Shown: positions 37,292 to 46,369 of the stretch, piece after piece
Position numbering within the stretch: the first letter of the stretch is position 1
Layout: the number at the start of each line of letters is the position of its first letter
Origin: Shigella phage ChubbyThor
DNA length: 64,000 nucleotides
Reading direction: 5' to 3' (one strand)
Sequence record: OL615013
Notes under the pieces: model-generated
Seen by the model: the letters and a program-made list of their open reading frames with translations, nothing else
Told to the model about the DNA's origin: nothing
Databases searched by the model: none
Translations under genes and position numbers: made by a program

Positions 37292-37522
37292 ATGAAGGGC
37301 TTCCAGGACTTTCTTGAAGACTCGGCAGCCCCTGGCACCACTACCACCGATGTGGGGAAACCCGAAGGTGGTATGGTGAAAGAGCCTGTCAAGAAGCCCA
37401 AGGATCTCGAGGAAGAACAAGAGCAGACCGACTTCCAAAAGATCTTTGGAAACATCTTCAAAGACCTCGACCTGAAGAATGCACGAAAGTGGAACTTCAG
37501 GACAGGCAAATATGAAGACTAA
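37292..37522 (+). CDS. hypothetical small protein
   Basis: 76-aa ORF followed by terminator. Confidence 0.4.
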   Translation: MKGFQDFLEDSAAPGTTTTDVGKPEGGMVKEPVKKPKDLEEEQEQTDFQKIFGNIFKDLDLKNARKWNFRTGKYED

Positions 37523-37524
37523 AA

Positions 37525-37546
37525 GAGGCTCCGGCCTCTTTTTCAT
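37525..37546 (+). terminator. intrinsic terminator
   Basis: AGAGGC-TCCG-GCCTCT then TTTTTC. Confidence 0.55.
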
Positions 37547-37610
37547 TTCCAGCATTCGGTGTATAATGGACCCGTTCCCCATGAGCGGAACCTAACTGAG
37601 GATACACCAA

Positions 37611-38123
37611 ATGCAATCCATGATCAAACGTAAAGTAGAAATCTCCCTGAATGCCCATGTTGAAATGATCCAGCAGCTTGTGTCTGACGCATATGAGATA
37701 CAAAAGGATCGCCAATCGAAGGGAGGCGTGATGGACCCCACCTGTCCCGGAAACATACTACACTATCGCATGCTGCGCTGGACTGGGCATACGGCTGCTC
37801 TGAAGAAACTGCTTTCTAAAAGATTCCAGGCCGAAAACGACGCCTATGTGTTTGGCGTCTTCCATAATTCGCGTGAACGCGATGCGCTCTTCTATCCTTC
37901 CCGCAACCCAAAGACAGGCGAAGAACTGCCTATCCCTGATGTCGACAAGGAAGAGAGCACGGCCACCATCGCCCATTTCATGGGCACGAATATCGATAAA
38001 GCAAACATCATCGTGTTCTCTGATACACTTCATGATCCGAAACGCTTGGCTGCCGCCCATGAAATGTTGCGCAATAGCCGCAGTGCTTTCACAAATTTGA
38101 CTTTAGTAGTGTTTCTGGGCTAG
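37611..38123 (+). CDS. hypothetical protein
   Basis: 170-aa ORF. Confidence 0.45.
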   Translation: MQSMIKRKVEISLNAHVEMIQQLVSDAYEIQKDRQSKGGVMDPTCPGNILHYRMLRWTGHTAALKKLLSKRFQAENDAYVFGVFHNSRERDALFYPSRNPKTGEELPIPDVDKEESTATIAHFMGTNIDKANIIVFSDTLHDPKRLAAAHEMLRNSRSAFTNLTLVVFLG

Positions 38124-38172
38124 ATAGTTACAGGGGAGGAAACTCCCCTATTTCCCTAACAGGAGGCGCACA

Positions 38173-38403
38173 ATGTACAAGTTCAGAATTAACAGAGAAC
38201 GTAATTCGTTCAAGTTCAGAATTAACAGAGAACGTAATTCGTTCAAGTTCGGTGTAGTCGCTGGAGTTTGTTTGTTCCTGGCGCTCGAAAGCGTTGTCAG
38301 CCTGCTTACAACATCACAAATGCAGGTGACTCGTTACCTACTTGCCATTATATTTTCTGCTGTCGGTTTACTCTGCTCCTATTTGGGGTGTGTGAAGAAA
38401 TAA
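38173..38403 (+). CDS. small membrane protein containing an in-frame tandem duplication
   Basis: 76 aa; KFRINRERNSF encoded twice by exact 33-nt tandem repeat; C-terminal TM helix. Confidence 0.4.
   Translation: MYKFRINRERNSFKFRINRERNSFKFGVVAGVCLFLALESVVSLLTTSQMQVTRYLLAIIFSAVGLLCSYLGCVKK
38179..38250 (+). repeat. exact 33-bp tandem direct repeat (2.2 copies)
   Basis: aagttcagaattaacagagaacgtaattcgttc x2 followed by partial aagttc. Confidence 0.85.
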
Positions 38404-38430
38404 ACTGGCTGCACACAGCAATACTTTGAT

Positions 38431-38934
38431 TTGAGAAACTACATCATGATGCTGTTAATGAGCGTTCCACAGAACAAGATGACCCCTGAAACAGAGGGTA
38501 AGAATCACTTCAACATCTACAGCCAGAGCCAAACGGAACTCGGGCGCTTCCTCTCGCATTTTGCCCATCATCCAGTGACTACCTATGAGCACGGCGTGTT
38601 CAACTCCATGGAAGGCTACTGGTATTGGCTAAAGTACAGGGATGACAACCTGCGCTTGCTCGACGGCTACGAAGCCAAGCAATATGGGCAGGGGTTGGCG
38701 GCCACTCGCATCGCTGTCCTTGATCCATCATCCGAAGAATTCAAGCGGGACATTCTGTTTGCCACCAGCATGAAACTCCAGACAATGCCCGACCTGCTGA
38801 AGATCAGATTGGCGTACAGTCGACTCCCTCTGATCCATGCATACGTTCGGAACGGGAAATATAGTTTTCAAAACTCTATGGACTATATCATTGCACACAT
38901 TAATCGTCTCCGCATACAAGGAACTCTGAAATGA
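38431..38934 (+). CDS. NADAR (YbiA/DUF1768)-like domain protein, candidate ADP-ribose N-glycosidase
   Basis: 167 aa; FNIYSQS...ELGRFLSHFAHHP...MEGYWYWLKY resembles NADAR signature (NFYS...G.FSNFA..P...SEHYFQAQKF) as recalled. Confidence 0.4.
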   Translation: MRNYIMMLLMSVPQNKMTPETEGKNHFNIYSQSQTELGRFLSHFAHHPVTTYEHGVFNSMEGYWYWLKYRDDNLRLLDGYEAKQYGQGLAATRIAVLDPSSEEFKRDILFATSMKLQTMPDLLKIRLAYSRLPLIHAYVRNGKYSFQNSMDYIIAHINRLRIQGTLK

Positions 38935-39515
38935 AATTTATACACACCATCGTCGGCACTTCCTATGATTGCACCGCACACGAGCCAAACCGCTCGCCCG
39001 TGTTTGTTCTGAACAAACTGGGTGAAGAGATCTGTGAACTGTCTGATGTGTTTCATGGTATCGGCACAGCGTCCGAACCGTTGAATGGTGAAGTTGCTGA
39101 CGTCATTATCTCTGCCATTGACCTCCTGTATGTTATGGATTTCAATGACCAACAACTGCATGGTTGCATGACCAAAGAAGAGTTGGTCGACTCGGTTCAG
39201 ACACGTTTGGGGTTGTGTGGTGATTGTTCTCCCGAATATCTTGAAGCAGATTGGTTCCGCATTATCGATCGTGAACCCCAGAAGCATCTGAACCTCATTC
39301 ACCATTACCATGGCCGGATCATCCGATTATGCAATCAGCCTTATCGTAGCCAAGACATTCTAGAGAGGCTCGTTGCTAATTTGATCAAACATGTCGCACG
39401 GATGGCTTGCGGTGAAGGTGCCTTGCACAGCGTGAATATGTTGAGTACCCACATCAAAGTAGAGCACGCCATTGAACACAAAGTTGAAAAGTGGCGCATT
39501 AAATTTGGCCTATGA
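38931..39515 (+). CDS. MazG-like nucleoside triphosphate pyrophosphohydrolase
   Basis: 194 aa; LGEEICELSDV ... EVADVIISAIDLL matches all-alpha NTP-PPase EExxE/D motifs. Confidence 0.45.
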   Translation: MKFIHTIVGTSYDCTAHEPNRSPVFVLNKLGEEICELSDVFHGIGTASEPLNGEVADVIISAIDLLYVMDFNDQQLHGCMTKEELVDSVQTRLGLCGDCSPEYLEADWFRIIDREPQKHLNLIHHYHGRIIRLCNQPYRSQDILERLVANLIKHVARMACGEGALHSVNMLSTHIKVEHAIEHKVEKWRIKFGL

Positions 39516-40342
39516 AATACAAAATAATTTTGGATGCTCTTATACAGAGAGCAAAACTTCGAGGTAGAATGGAAGGCGTTTATCAAGAACGCCACCACAT
39601 AATCCCTGTGTGTTTGGGTGGAACCAACCATTTTTCCAACCTTGTGTGGCTCACGCCAGAAGAACATTATGTTGTTCATCACCTGCTTTGGAGGATAACC
39701 CCGCTTAACCCCGGAGTGAGGAAAGCTTGGACTGGGATGAACAACATGTCTAGGAGCAACAAAGAATTTGGGGAATTCAGGAGAAATAATTCCACCAGAA
39801 TGAAAGAAGTGATGTCATCTGATGAACAAAAGGAACGTTGTCGTAAGCAATCCAAGAAAAACTCATTGAACCCAGAAGTGCAGAAGAAACGTGCGGGTAG
39901 CTTGAGAGGTTACACTTGGGATGACGAATCAAGGCGCAGGTTGTCAAAATCCAGGAAAGGGATACCACACTCCGAAGCACACAAAGCCAACCTTACCAAA
40001 TCAGTCACCGAACGGATGAGGCGACCAGAAGAAAGGGAGAGGTATTCTGCTATGTGGCGCCAGAACAATCCCATGAATAACATACAACCTTGGGAACACC
40101 CGACTGTCGTAAAGACGGGTAAATCCCGACAATGGCTCCTGGCTGGTGAATTCTTTGAATGGTGGTGTGGTAACGGTGAAGACAAAGTGAAGAACCGTTA
40201 TTGTTTAATGTTGAAAGAAACCGGGTTAAGCTCTGTGTGTTCTAAGGCCACAGCTCAAACTTGTATATCTAAATTTCAGAAAGGTTGGATACCAAAAGAA
40301 GATCCCGCCTGGTTGAAATTTTACGGAGATAATAATGGTTGA
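39512..40342 (+). CDS. HNH homing endonuclease (free-standing)
   Basis: 276 aa; ERHHIIPVCLGGTNHFSNLVWLTPEEHYVVHH HNH motif; AT-rich; paralogous to ORF 56926..57621; overlaps topo II start by 8 nt. Confidence 0.7.
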   Translation: MKYKIILDALIQRAKLRGRMEGVYQERHHIIPVCLGGTNHFSNLVWLTPEEHYVVHHLLWRITPLNPGVRKAWTGMNNMSRSNKEFGEFRRNNSTRMKEVMSSDEQKERCRKQSKKNSLNPEVQKKRAGSLRGYTWDDESRRRLSKSRKGIPHSEAHKANLTKSVTERMRRPEERERYSAMWRQNNPMNNIQPWEHPTVVKTGKSRQWLLAGEFFEWWCGNGEDKVKNRYCLMLKETGLSSVCSKATAQTCISKFQKGWIPKEDPAWLKFYGDNNG

Positions 40343-42236
40343 TGTAAACAGAAAATACAAAAAGCTCTCACACATCGAGCATATACTCCTTCGCCCAGAG
40401 CGCCATCTGGGGAGTATCCGTTCTTCTGTCGGGTTGGCTTGGGTATATGATCTCAGCAAAGACAAAGTTGTATTTAAAGACAATTTTGAATATAACCCCG
40501 CTCTTATCAAACAGTTTGATGAAATCATCACCAACTGCGTTGACCACAGCAAGACGCCTGAGGGTAAATCCCTGACGGAAATCACTGTCACGGTTTCCCC
40601 GATGAACGGTCAAATCATCGTTGCTGACAACGGGGGCATCCCTGTGGTCAAGCATGAATCTGGTATGTGGTTGCCAGAAATGCTATTTTCGGAATTGTTT
40701 GCGGGATCAAACTTCAACGACGATGACGAAGAGTACAACAACCAGAAGTCTGGTGGCCAGAACGGTGAAGGGGCTTCGCTCGTCAACGTGTTCTCAAAGT
40801 GGTTCCGTGTTGCTACCAGTGACGGCAAGAAGTCTTATGCCCAGCTGTTTGAAGACAACATGAGCAAGAAGTCTAATCCGGTCATCAGCAATACGCCGAA
40901 AGAGTTCGGCACCACCATCGCCTGGATCCCTGACTATGCTCGCCTGGGCGTCAAAGGGCTTGACCAGAACAACCTGCTGATGATCTATCGCCGCGCGTTT
41001 GAAGTGGCTGCGTGTAACCCGCGCCTGAAGGTTGTGTTGAACGGGAAGCAAATCCGGATTGACCGCTTTGGTCACTTCGTTGATTACTTCCATGCTGGTT
41101 CCGCTGTTGATGAATCTGGTGAATGGTCGGTTGCTGTAGCCCCTTCATCCGGTACGTTCATGCACGCATCATACGTGAACTCTATTGCCACCCACATCGG
41201 TGGTCCTCACGTTGATTATGTCGCCGACCAGATCGTGGCTGCGATTCGTCCTCAGCTGGTGAAGAAGTTCAAGACCGAGCTGAAACCTGCCATGATCAAG
41301 AACCACATGTCCTTGTTCATTGCCGCCGACATCAACAACCCGCGCTTTGACAGCCAGACCAAGGAGCGCATGACCACTCCTGTAAGCCAGTTCGGTACGT
41401 CGTACAAGCCGAGTGACAAACTCATCCGCAAGGCGCTTGAGTTCGTTATGGCTGGTCTGAGCAAAGAACTGGCTTCCCTGCGCAATGAGCAGGATGATGC
41501 TGAGTTTGAAAAGGCCAAGAAGGATATCAGCAAGCGGGATTATCGTGAGATTGAGAAGTATTACCCGGCGACCGCCCGTGGTGACCGCAGTGGTTGCTCC
41601 CTGTTGCTGACAGAGGGTGATAGCGCCTCCAACCCTATCCTGAACGCCCGTGACACCAAGAAGATCGGATTGTTCCCGCTTCGTGGTAAGTTCATCAACT
41701 GCCTGAACGCCCCGCGCACAAAGGTGATGAACAATGAAGAGTTCAAGAACCTGTGTACGATTCACGGCGGCGCAGTGCCAGGCCAGCCCCTTGACATCAG
41801 CCGCTACCCACAGACTGTTGTGGCTACCGATGCGGACGATGACGGCATTCACATCCGTGGGTTGTTGATCACCCTGTATTGCACCTACTGGCCGGAGTAC
41901 GTCCGTCAGGGCAGGCTGAAGCTGCTGCGTACCCCTTACATGCGCGTGTGGTGTGGTAAGGTGATGCATGAGTTCATGAACAACGCCGAGTATGAGGAGT
42001 TCCTGAAGACACCTGATGCCAAGAAGATCACGAAGAAGAAATATCTGAAAGGTCTGGGCGGTAACAGCACTGAAGACTTCAAACGTATTCTAAACAACCT
42101 GGATGCGTATACTACGACGGTCACGCTGGACGATGGCTATCAACAGTCACTGAAGAATGGCTTCGGTGATGAGGCCGCCGATTACCGCAAAACCTGGTTT
42201 AGCGATGTTTGCCTGTTTGAAACTGAGGATGAATAA
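40335..42236 (+). CDS. DNA topoisomerase II large subunit (T4 gp39/gp60-like, GyrB-type ATPase + TOPRIM), unsplit
   Basis: 633 aa; RFDSQTKER, TOPRIM LTEGDSAS, DADDDG, YLKGLG blocks matching T4 gp39 as recalled. Confidence 0.9.
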   Translation: MVDVNRKYKKLSHIEHILLRPERHLGSIRSSVGLAWVYDLSKDKVVFKDNFEYNPALIKQFDEIITNCVDHSKTPEGKSLTEITVTVSPMNGQIIVADNGGIPVVKHESGMWLPEMLFSELFAGSNFNDDDEEYNNQKSGGQNGEGASLVNVFSKWFRVATSDGKKSYAQLFEDNMSKKSNPVISNTPKEFGTTIAWIPDYARLGVKGLDQNNLLMIYRRAFEVAACNPRLKVVLNGKQIRIDRFGHFVDYFHAGSAVDESGEWSVAVAPSSGTFMHASYVNSIATHIGGPHVDYVADQIVAAIRPQLVKKFKTELKPAMIKNHMSLFIAADINNPRFDSQTKERMTTPVSQFGTSYKPSDKLIRKALEFVMAGLSKELASLRNEQDDAEFEKAKKDISKRDYREIEKYYPATARGDRSGCSLLLTEGDSASNPILNARDTKKIGLFPLRGKFINCLNAPRTKVMNNEEFKNLCTIHGGAVPGQPLDISRYPQTVVATDADDDGIHIRGLLITLYCTYWPEYVRQGRLKLLRTPYMRVWCGKVMHEFMNNAEYEEFLKTPDAKKITKKKYLKGLGGNSTEDFKRILNNLDAYTTTVTLDDGYQQSLKNGFGDEAADYRKTWFSDVCLFETEDE

Positions 42237-42237
42237 G

Positions 42238-43569
42238 ATGGTTGCCAAGAGCATTACTGTAACGGACTTTGTCAACACTGACCATAAGCAGTTTTCTGTG
42301 GTCAACAGCATCCGTCAAATCCCTCAGCTGATTGACAGCCTCAAGCCGAGCCAGCGCAAGATCCTCTTTGCTGCTCTTGAGTACAACAAGGAGGAGATCG
42401 TTGACCGCCTTGGTATGTTCGCCGCCGCCCGGACCAACTACAAGTCTGGTGGTGAGAACATGAGCGGCACTATCGTGAACATGGCTCAGGGGTTCCCAGG
42501 CACGAACAACATCCCGTACTTTGACCGCGACGGCCAGTTTGGTTCTATCATGGGGCGTGATGCTTCATCTGCCCGATACATATCCGTCGCTGTATCTGAT
42601 GTTATCCGCAAGATCTTCCGCAAGGAGGATGAGGGTATTTTAGAATACAATTACCTTGGTGAAGAAAGACTGGAGCCGAAGTTCTTCCTGCCCATCCTCC
42701 CCATGTTCCTGGTGAATGGGATCAATGGTATCGGCACCGGATATTCCACCGACACCCCGTGTCATTGCGTTAAGTCCGTGCTCAGTGCCCTGAGAGCGCT
42801 TCTCCGTGGCGAAGACCCGAAAGACTTAAAACCGTACTGGAACGGCTACAAAGGGGAGACAGGCTATACTGAGGAAGGAAGAGCATACAGTCGCGGCATC
42901 TTCCGTCGCGTCAATGCCACCACCCTGCATATCACCGAAGTCCCAGTGGGTTGGTTCGCCAAGACCTATGAGACCAAGGTGTTGCTGCCTCTGTACAAGG
43001 CTGGTATCCTGACCGAGTACGCCAACGACACGACCGAAGATGGCTGGGATATCACGGTTGTATTCAAGCGGGGTGAACTGTCCAAGCTGGATGATAATCA
43101 GGTTGAGCAGATGTTCAAGTTGTACTCTGCTAACAAGCCTGTTTGGACAGCATGGGATGAAGACGGGGTAATCCATCGTTATGCGGGTTGGCAGGATATG
43201 TTGCTACCGTTCTTCAATTATCGCCTGTCACGGTATGAAGACCGTCGCCAGTATCTGTTGAAGGACATGGCAGACAGGATCCGCAAGCTGGGTGACCGGG
43301 CGGTGTTCATTGAATGGGCGACGCGTGTTGATCTCCGCCAAAAGATTGACGTACTGAAGTCTCTGTTCATGCAGGACTACCCGGACTTTGGCGGTGATCT
43401 TGACGAGTTGTTCAAGATGCCGCTGTCATCCATCACCCTAGACGCCCGTGAGCGCCTACTCAAGCAGATTGAGAACCTTGAAGCACAGCACAAGGAATTA
43501 AGTAAGAAAGAGGACATCGATCTTTACACTGAAGACCTTGATGACCTTGAAAAGGCTCTTGGCCTATAA
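42238..43569 (+). CDS. DNA topoisomerase II medium subunit (T4 gp52-like, GyrA-type)
   Basis: ORF track 42157..43569; ATG at 42238 after GAGGATGAATAAG; 444 aa similar to gp52 length; adjacent to large subunit. Confidence 0.8.
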   Translation: MVAKSITVTDFVNTDHKQFSVVNSIRQIPQLIDSLKPSQRKILFAALEYNKEEIVDRLGMFAAARTNYKSGGENMSGTIVNMAQGFPGTNNIPYFDRDGQFGSIMGRDASSARYISVAVSDVIRKIFRKEDEGILEYNYLGEERLEPKFFLPILPMFLVNGINGIGTGYSTDTPCHCVKSVLSALRALLRGEDPKDLKPYWNGYKGETGYTEEGRAYSRGIFRRVNATTLHITEVPVGWFAKTYETKVLLPLYKAGILTEYANDTTEDGWDITVVFKRGELSKLDDNQVEQMFKLYSANKPVWTAWDEDGVIHRYAGWQDMLLPFFNYRLSRYEDRRQYLLKDMADRIRKLGDRAVFIEWATRVDLRQKIDVLKSLFMQDYPDFGGDLDELFKMPLSSITLDARERLLKQIENLEAQHKELSKKEDIDLYTEDLDDLEKALGL

Positions 43570-43576
43570 CATCGGA

Positions 43577-43600
43577 GGGGTTAGCCCCTCCTCACCTGCG
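43577..43600 (+). terminator. hairpin (possible terminator)
   Basis: GGAGGGG-TTAG-CCCCTCC after topo gene stop; weak T-tract. Confidence 0.35.
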
Positions 43601-43611
43601 AGGGTTGTGCT

Positions 43612-43899
43612 ATGTTCTATCTCCGTTCTGCGGCACCTGTGGTATTCATCATTTTCCTATTTGATTTCCTGGTTCCTCGCTTTATCAAAGAAGAGGTGGC
43701 GTTTGGTCTCTATGGTGAGACGGAAGACCCAGAGGTCGATGAATATTACCCAATGTGCGCCCTGAAAGATATCGAGGAGGGGGAAGATGTTGCAATGGTC
43801 GGCACCATGCGTTCTTTCAACCTGTTTGGGCTTGCACTCTTTCCGAAACTGATCGGCGAACTTCGCCCCTACGATCCTGATGCTACTGTAGAGGGTTGA
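43612..43899 (+). CDS. small membrane protein
   Basis: 95 aa, N-terminal hydrophobic helix. Confidence 0.4.
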   Translation: MFYLRSAAPVVFIIFLFDFLVPRFIKEEVAFGLYGETEDPEVDEYYPMCALKDIEEGEDVAMVGTMRSFNLFGLALFPKLIGELRPYDPDATVEG

Positions 43900-44213
43900 C
43901 CATGTCACAGCTTCTGAGTCCTAAACTTCTGTCTATGGGTGATTCCCTGTATTTTCACTGCCCTGGATGTGGTATGCTTCACCCATATCGCGTAAAGGGT
44001 GATACCCAAGGTCCGATGTGGTCGTGGAACAACAATGTTGTTGAGCCTACGTTCACGCCGAGCCTGCTGGTGAATGCATCTGATCCAGCATCACGTTGCC
44101 ATCTGTTCCTGACCGACGGCAAAATACAATTCCTCGGCGACTGTTTCCATGATCTGAAGAACCAGACAGTGGATATGGTCGACATCCCTGAACCTGAAAT
44201 TTGGATTGAATAG
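43896..44213 (+). CDS. hypothetical protein (CxxC zinc-ribbon-like)
   Basis: 105 aa; FHCPGCGMLH. Confidence 0.4.
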   Translation: MTMSQLLSPKLLSMGDSLYFHCPGCGMLHPYRVKGDTQGPMWSWNNNVVEPTFTPSLLVNASDPASRCHLFLTDGKIQFLGDCFHDLKNQTVDMVDIPEPEIWIE

Positions 44214-44216
44214 ATT

Positions 44217-44627
44217 ATGAAATTACTCGGTTATTTTCGCGAACTCCCAACGGGTACTGAAGGCAAGTTGTTCTCACAGGTGAAAGGGAATGACATCGGT
44301 GATACGATGGTTCCATTGTACACCCGTGACCTTCCTGCCGAAGGTGCCTGGGAGCGCCGTGTGGTCGCTGCCGCCAACAAATATGGTGATGTGATCGTCG
44401 TTGCCGACCGTCATCACAGCCGATTCATGAACAGTCAGCTCAAGATCCTGAAAGAGGCTGGCGTCATTAAATCCACCCATACCCGCGAACAGGGATTCAT
44501 CGACAACCAGGGCAACTTCCTCACTCGTGAAGAGGCTTGCGTCGTAGCCCGTGAAGCCGGACAAATCAATCAGGTGCGCCTGAAGACAACCCCATTCCGC
44601 GAACTCTTTTCCGAAGACCTCTATTGA
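44217..44627 (+). CDS. hypothetical protein
   Basis: 136-aa ORF. Confidence 0.45.
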   Translation: MKLLGYFRELPTGTEGKLFSQVKGNDIGDTMVPLYTRDLPAEGAWERRVVAAANKYGDVIVVADRHHSRFMNSQLKILKEAGVIKSTHTREQGFIDNQGNFLTREEACVVAREAGQINQVRLKTTPFRELFSEDLY

Positions 44628-44676
44628 AGAAAAAGGCGGTATTATTACCGCCTGATCCCCATACGAGATAACAACT

Positions 44677-44901
44677 ATGGCTAATGAAATTGGTGATGTC
44701 GCTCAGTTCCGCGCTATCTCTCGACGCCTGAAAATGTCAGGATTTGAAAAGGAAGAGATCGACGAAGATGTGCTGGGAGTATTGGAAGGAATGTTCGGTA
44801 CTTCTGTTGGGACGGAATTGTTTGAACTCTTAAAGATGGCGGCAGACAATGAGTTTGTAGAATACGCAACCGAACGAGCCATACATGGTATAAACTCATG
44901 A
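44677..44901 (+). CDS. hypothetical small acidic protein
   Basis: 74-aa ORF. Confidence 0.4.
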   Translation: MANEIGDVAQFRAISRRLKMSGFEKEEIDEDVLGVLEGMFGTSVGTELFELLKMAADNEFVEYATERAIHGINS

Positions 44902-45140
44902 ACCAAGAATTTGAAAACCTGTTTGAGCGTTGCTTTGAGCCTGCGTCTGTTGCGGGTTACATGGACCGCCTCAGTAAAGAGATCATATCCCGTCTGGTGG
45001 CGAAGGGTATCCATGTTGGTACGCTCGTGCGCAACGGTGACAACTTCATCATACAGATGTCCGACTGTCGTCATCGTTCTGGCATCTTCTACGTTAAATG
45101 CATTGACAACAGCATTATTGAATGGAGACAGTACGCATGA
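44898..45140 (+). CDS. hypothetical small protein
   Basis: 80-aa ORF. Confidence 0.4.
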   Translation: MNQEFENLFERCFEPASVAGYMDRLSKEIISRLVAKGIHVGTLVRNGDNFIIQMSDCRHRSGIFYVKCIDNSIIEWRQYA

Positions 45141-45736
45141 CCACATATGTAATCCATGGTGGCGATCTACTGAAAGCCGCCTGCAGCTTTAATCTGATCG
45201 ACATCTTTGCCCATGGTGCCAACTGCTGGTCTACCATGGGCGCGGGTATTGCCCTGCACATCGGCAACAACTTCCCAGCCCTACGCGAAGTCGATGCGAA
45301 CGATCCTCGTGGTCCAGAGCAACGCCTGGGTGGCATGACCTATGCATTCGACCACAGCAAGGGCGTTTGGGGCGCGAACCTCTACACTCAGTTCTACCCA
45401 GGTCCGAATGCCCGCATGCCGTCTGTCATCAGTTCTGTTCAGACCCTGTTTGAGCAGGTTCACGAAATTGTGGAAGCAACGGATGAAGAAACCGTCTATG
45501 TCGGCCTGCCTGCTATCGGCTGTGGTATCGGCGGCCTGAATCTCTACAGCGTAGTACGCCATATTAACCGGATCGCTGAAAGCGTGTATGAAGAGACCCG
45601 CCGTCGTGTCGTCCCAGTCTTCTATATCAGGGAAGGAGACGGGTTCGATGATGATCTGATGGAACTTTCTCATCTGGACGCAGAAGGTATCATGATTGTC
45701 GAAGATGAGCAAGAAATCATCGACGAGGAGGCGTAA
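45137..45736 (+). CDS. macro-domain protein (ADP-ribose binding / hydrolase)
   Basis: ORF track 45122..45736; ATG 45137 overlaps upstream stop; GDLL...IDIFAHGANCWSTMGAGIALHI and VYVGLPAIGCGIGGLNL match the two conserved macro-domain glycine-rich loops. Confidence 0.65.
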   Translation: MTTYVIHGGDLLKAACSFNLIDIFAHGANCWSTMGAGIALHIGNNFPALREVDANDPRGPEQRLGGMTYAFDHSKGVWGANLYTQFYPGPNARMPSVISSVQTLFEQVHEIVEATDEETVYVGLPAIGCGIGGLNLYSVVRHINRIAESVYEETRRRVVPVFYIREGDGFDDDLMELSHLDAEGIMIVEDEQEIIDEEA

Positions 45737-46369
45737 ATGTACAAGTCTAACTTCTTGGCAGTGGCCGACAGCGAGACTCTGGGGCGCTGGGATGATGCAG
45801 TTGTGTTGTCCTGGGCGCATACCATTGCCGACCTGACCAAGCGTTATACTCTTCAGCAGCTGGTTGAGGAGCGCACGACGTTCATTAAGCTGAATGTCAA
45901 AGAGCAGATCGAACTCGGTCGCGTGAAGGACCAGGGGACGGTAGAATGGTGGTTGGGGACGGGTAAACGTAACCCGTGTGATGCGGCTCGCGCCGTCAGT
46001 CTGTACCCGACTGAGCAGGACGTCTCTATCTTCCAGCTGGCCGATGAAATCCGCAAGGGTTGTCATCGTCTTGGGGTAGACCCGCGCTCGGTTGACTGGT
46101 GTGACCGTAACTTGTTCGATCTGCGCAAGGCTCAACACATCATTGAGGTGACGTGCAAGCAGGACTCCAACGAGCCTTGGGACTACCACCACACCTTCGA
46201 CATCGTGAGCTGGCTGAAGGGTGTCGGGCAACAAGATCGCTACGCTGGCATCAAGGCGTGGGAACTGGAAGGCATGGTCTATCATGATCCTCGTTATGAC
46301 GCCGCGCTTGATTGGCTTCGCATTCAAAAGACTATGGAAGACCTGATGGGTCTGGAGGTGGTAGGATGA
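45737..46369 (+). CDS. hypothetical protein, possible DEDD-type 3'-5' exonuclease
   Basis: 210 aa; N-terminal AVADSETLG resembles DxE(T) Exo I motif and YHHTFDIVS a possible Exo III; weak. Confidence 0.3.
   Translation: MYKSNFLAVADSETLGRWDDAVVLSWAHTIADLTKRYTLQQLVEERTTFIKLNVKEQIELGRVKDQGTVEWWLGTGKRNPCDAARAVSLYPTEQDVSIFQLADEIRKGCHRLGVDPRSVDWCDRNLFDLRKAQHIIEVTCKQDSNEPWDYHHTFDIVSWLKGVGQQDRYAGIKAWELEGMVYHDPRYDAALDWLRIQKTMEDLMGLEVVG

Noticed and set aside
44217-44627. Nudix hydrolase
   Set aside because: REEACVVAREAG does not fit the Nudix box Gx5Ex7REUxEExGU.
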